Source: a virus. Taken from it: 35,647 nt of DNA. The position numbers were made by a program, and so were the translations under genes. The stretch's first letter is position 1. Each line of letters opens with the position of its first letter. The DNA lies in the IMG/VR virus record IMGVR_UViG_3300045988_088582, positions 1 to 35,647 of that record. One strand, given 5' to 3'. This document shows positions 34,147-35,647 of the stretch, piece by piece. Below the pieces are notes generated by a model. The model worked only from the letters and a program-made list of their open reading frames with translations. It was not told where the DNA came from and did no database searches.

Positions 34147-34407
34147 ATGGCAAGTTGTCTGATTTCAGATGCACCATACGCACCCTGGCTCTCAGAGGTT
34201 CTAGCTACACTGGAAGAGCACAAGATCGACCGCATCGCCATAGCAGCGCCTCTGGCAGACGGTGAGGTGTTCACGGGGTACTACAACATGAATACCCAAG
34301 ACAAGGCCCTGCTGGCATCCAATATCCAAGCAGATGCCGTTCTGGATGCGGTGTGTCACAACGGACAGCGCATCCAGCAGGCGTGGGAAGATGATGAGGA
34401 GGGGTGA
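34147..34407 (+). CDS. Hypothetical small acidic protein
   Basis: ATG at 34147 follows GGAGGTG. 86 aa. No family recognised. Confidence 0.5.
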   Translation: MASCLISDAPYAPWLSEVLATLEEHKIDRIAIAAPLADGEVFTGYYNMNTQDKALLASNIQADAVLDAVCHNGQRIQQAWEDDEEG

Positions 34408-34412
34408 GACCG

Positions 34413-34697
34413 ATGTGGCAGTTTATCACGGAGTATTGGGCCGGGTGGCTCTGTGCTCTGATCGGCGGCGCGATCCTTGCCGCCATCCCCAAGATCAAGG
34501 CCCTGTGGGACGCGGTGCTGGCCCTGCTGCACGACCGCATCTATACCGAGTGCTACCGTTTTATGGAGCTGGGGTACATCACCCGCGACGGCCTGCGCAA
34601 CCTGAATTACCTCTACAAGACCTATCATGTGATGGGCGGCAACGGCACCGGTACGGAATTGTACAAGAGAGCCTGCGCTTTACCCATCCACGACTGA
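34413..34697 (+). CDS. N-terminally membrane-anchored small protein (possible lysis accessory)
   Basis: ATG at 34413 follows GAGGAGGGG. One TM helix, WAGWLCALIGGAILAAI, then a ~65-aa soluble domain. Adjacent to the holin gene. Confidence 0.55.
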   Translation: MWQFITEYWAGWLCALIGGAILAAIPKIKALWDAVLALLHDRIYTECYRFMELGYITRDGLRNLNYLYKTYHVMGGNGTGTELYKRACALPIHD

Positions 34698-34714
34698 AGA
34701 AAGGAACTGACAAT

Positions 34715-34987
34715 ATGAACGCACACATCACTGGGAACAACACCCCCGCCATCCCCGCCGCGACCATCGCCCGCACTGTTGTGCTGGCACTGGCCCTCGT
34801 CAATCAGCTGCTGAGTGCAGCAGGCAAGCCGGTGCTGCCCATCGACAGCGCCAGCGTGGAGCAGTGGGTGACGGCTGGCCTGACCACCGCTGCCGCCATC
34901 TGGGCATGGTGGGAGAACAACAGCTTTACTCCCGAGGCCATCCGCGCCGATGAGCTGCTGGATCAGATGCAGGGGAAGATCAAGTAA
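34715..34987 (+). CDS. Holin, SPP1/XhlB-like family
   Basis: IARTVVLALALVNQLLSAAGKPV...AAAIWAWWENNSFTPEA parallels XhlB (..LLAIALLNQ...AAWFKNNYIT). Two TM segments. Confidence 0.8.
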   Translation: MNAHITGNNTPAIPAATIARTVVLALALVNQLLSAAGKPVLPIDSASVEQWVTAGLTTAAAIWAWWENNSFTPEAIRADELLDQMQGKIK

Positions 34988-34999
34988 GAGTACATAGCA

Positions 35000-35043
35000 A
35001 CAGCCCCGAGGAACCATCTGGCTCCCCGGGGCTGTTTTCTTTT
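35000..35043 (+). terminator. Intrinsic terminator ending the late/lysis operon
   Basis: ACAGCCCCG (35000-35008) pairs with CGGGGCTGT (35027-35035), followed by TTTTCTTTT. Confidence 0.75.
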
Positions 35044-35110
35044 GGCATATTTCGGCATATTCCGACGCATTCCGCATTATCCGGCACATTCTGACATTTT
35101 CCGGTTAAAG
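35041..35110 (+). repeat. Degenerate ~10-bp tandem repeat array upstream of the Spo0A_C gene
   Basis: tttggcatat / ttcggcatat / tccgacgcat / tccgcattat / ccggcacatt / ctgacatttt / ccggttaaag. The period is visible directly in the 10-nt print blocks. Confidence 0.6.
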
Positions 35111-35134
35111 TTGGATGGAAAGGATGTGCAAACT

Positions 35135-35482
35135 ATGCCTGACATGAAAATTTCGGACTCCCCTGCCCAGCTGGATCAAATCCTCCGGCCACTGGGAATC
35201 ACCCGGAGCTCAAAGAATTACCGTGTTCTCTGCGACTGCGTGGCTCTGATCTGTGAACAGGAGGACCGGCTGGAAGCCGTACAAAAGGAGATCTATACCC
35301 CCATCTCAGACCAGCGGCGCTGCAAGTGGTCCGCCATTCAAAGTGCCGTCCGGCGTGCAGCAGAGAAAGCCTGGGCGCTGAACCCCGAGGGCGTTCAGCA
35401 ACTGGCTGGCTACCCACTGACCGGTGCACCCAGCGCGGTGCAGTTCTTGGAGATGCTTTACAATGCCGTGGTGAGAGGGTAA
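35135..35482 (+). CDS. Stand-alone Spo0A C-terminal (DNA-binding) domain protein, with no receiver domain
   Basis: LRPLGITRSSKNYRVLCDCVALI...EIYTPISDQRRCKWSAIQSAVRRAAEKAW...GAPSAVQFLEML aligns by eye with B. subtilis Spo0A [20 protein letters not shown]...[28 protein letters not shown]...KPTNSEFIAMV. Confidence 0.8.
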   Translation: MPDMKISDSPAQLDQILRPLGITRSSKNYRVLCDCVALICEQEDRLEAVQKEIYTPISDQRRCKWSAIQSAVRRAAEKAWALNPEGVQQLAGYPLTGAPSAVQFLEMLYNAVVRG

Positions 35483-35488
35483 CGAAAC

Positions 35489-35527
35489 GGCTGCCATGCG
35501 AGTGTGATGCGTGGCAGCCTATTTTTG
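35489..35527 (+). terminator. Intrinsic terminator after the Spo0A_C gene
   Basis: GGCTGCCA (35489-35496) pairs with TGGCAGCC (35512-35519), extended by CATGCG/TGCGTG, followed by TATTTTTG. Confidence 0.7.
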
Positions 35528-35551
35528 CTTGATTTTCGCATAGTTTCCCGC

Positions 35552-35574
35552 AAAAGTGGGTTTGACTGTGGGTT
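35552..35574 (+). promoter_or_regulatory. Putative integrase arm-type binding sites, right arm (2 x GTGGGTT, 12-bp spacing)
   Basis: AAAAGTGGGTT at 35552-35562 and GACTGTGGGTT at 35564-35574. Same orientation and spacing as 133-155. Confidence 0.55.
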
Positions 35575-35578
35575 ACAG

Positions 35579-35619
35579 CAAAAGAAAAACACCCAGAAAC
35601 TCACGTTTCTAGGTGTTTT
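35579..35619 (-). terminator. Intrinsic terminator for the flanking tRNA gene, carried on the prophage side of attR
   Basis: Minus strand: AAAACACC-T-AGAAAC GTGA GTTTCT-G-GGTGTTTT, followed by TCTTTTG. It starts 5 nt downstream of the tRNA CCA end. Confidence 0.65.
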
Positions 35620-35623
35620 ATCT

Positions 35624-35647
35624 TGGTGGGCGCGGGTGGATTCGAAC
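35624..35647 (-). tRNA. 3' end of a host tRNA gene (T-loop, 3' T-stem, 3' acceptor strand, discriminator A, CCA), truncated by the window edge
   Basis: The minus strand reads GTTCGAATCCACCCGCGCCCACCA. Identity cannot be assigned because the anticodon lies outside the window. Confidence 0.75.
35627..35647. repeat. attR core
   Basis: Identical to 1-21. Confidence 0.85.

Larger units (their letters stand above)
1..35647. mobile_element. Complete integrated temperate siphovirus-type prophage bounded by 21-bp direct repeats
   Basis: Identical 21-mer at 1-21 and 35627-35647. Integrase at the left end. A full syntenic set of lysogeny, replication, packaging, head, tail and lysis modules lies between the repeats. 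Confidence 0.9.

Overview
The window is one complete, roughly 35.6-kb temperate siphovirus-type prophage, cut exactly at its att core. The identical 21-mer TGGGCGCGGGTGGATTCGAAC sits at 1-21 and 35627-35647. It is the 3' end of a minus-strand tRNA gene whose body lies beyond the right edge. The host looks like a high-GC Gram-positive (Clostridia-like); this is inferred from strong GGAGG ribosome-binding sites, a Spo0A_C cargo gene, YjcQ and an SPP1/XhlB-type holin. Gene order: tyrosine integrase; a low-GC Zn-ribbon/glycine-zipper/SHOCT cargo gene; an S24 CI-like repressor; back-to-back promoters with a repeated operator heptamer; Cro-like, Rha and small early genes. Then the replication/recombination module: SMC-like ATPase, Sak4-like AAA_24, DUF669, SF2 helicase, primase-helicase, an iteron-like region and RusA. 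Then a sigma-region-4-like late regulator, a structured leader, TerS, TerL, an SPP1-type portal and a MuF/gp7 protein with an extra low-GC C-terminal domain. After MuF come a coupled small ORF, YjcQ and a phage tRNA-Trp(CCA). The rest is scaffold, capsid, connectors, major tail protein, chaperone, Gp15-like, tape measure, Dit, Gp37-like and a His-rich collar tail fibre; then GH25 endolysin, three small genes and the holin; then a stand-alone Spo0A_C gene next to attR. The best candidates for undescribed biology are: (1) the MuF-fused JAMM-like C-terminal domain with its overlapping 66-aa ORF; (2) the receiver-less Spo0A_C protein behind a 10-bp-phased repeat array; (3) the Zn-ribbon/glycine-zipper/SHOCT gene between int and cI. 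All protein family calls come from reading the translated sequences by eye; no database search was run. Many long minus-strand ORFs in the track are high-GC mirror artefacts.
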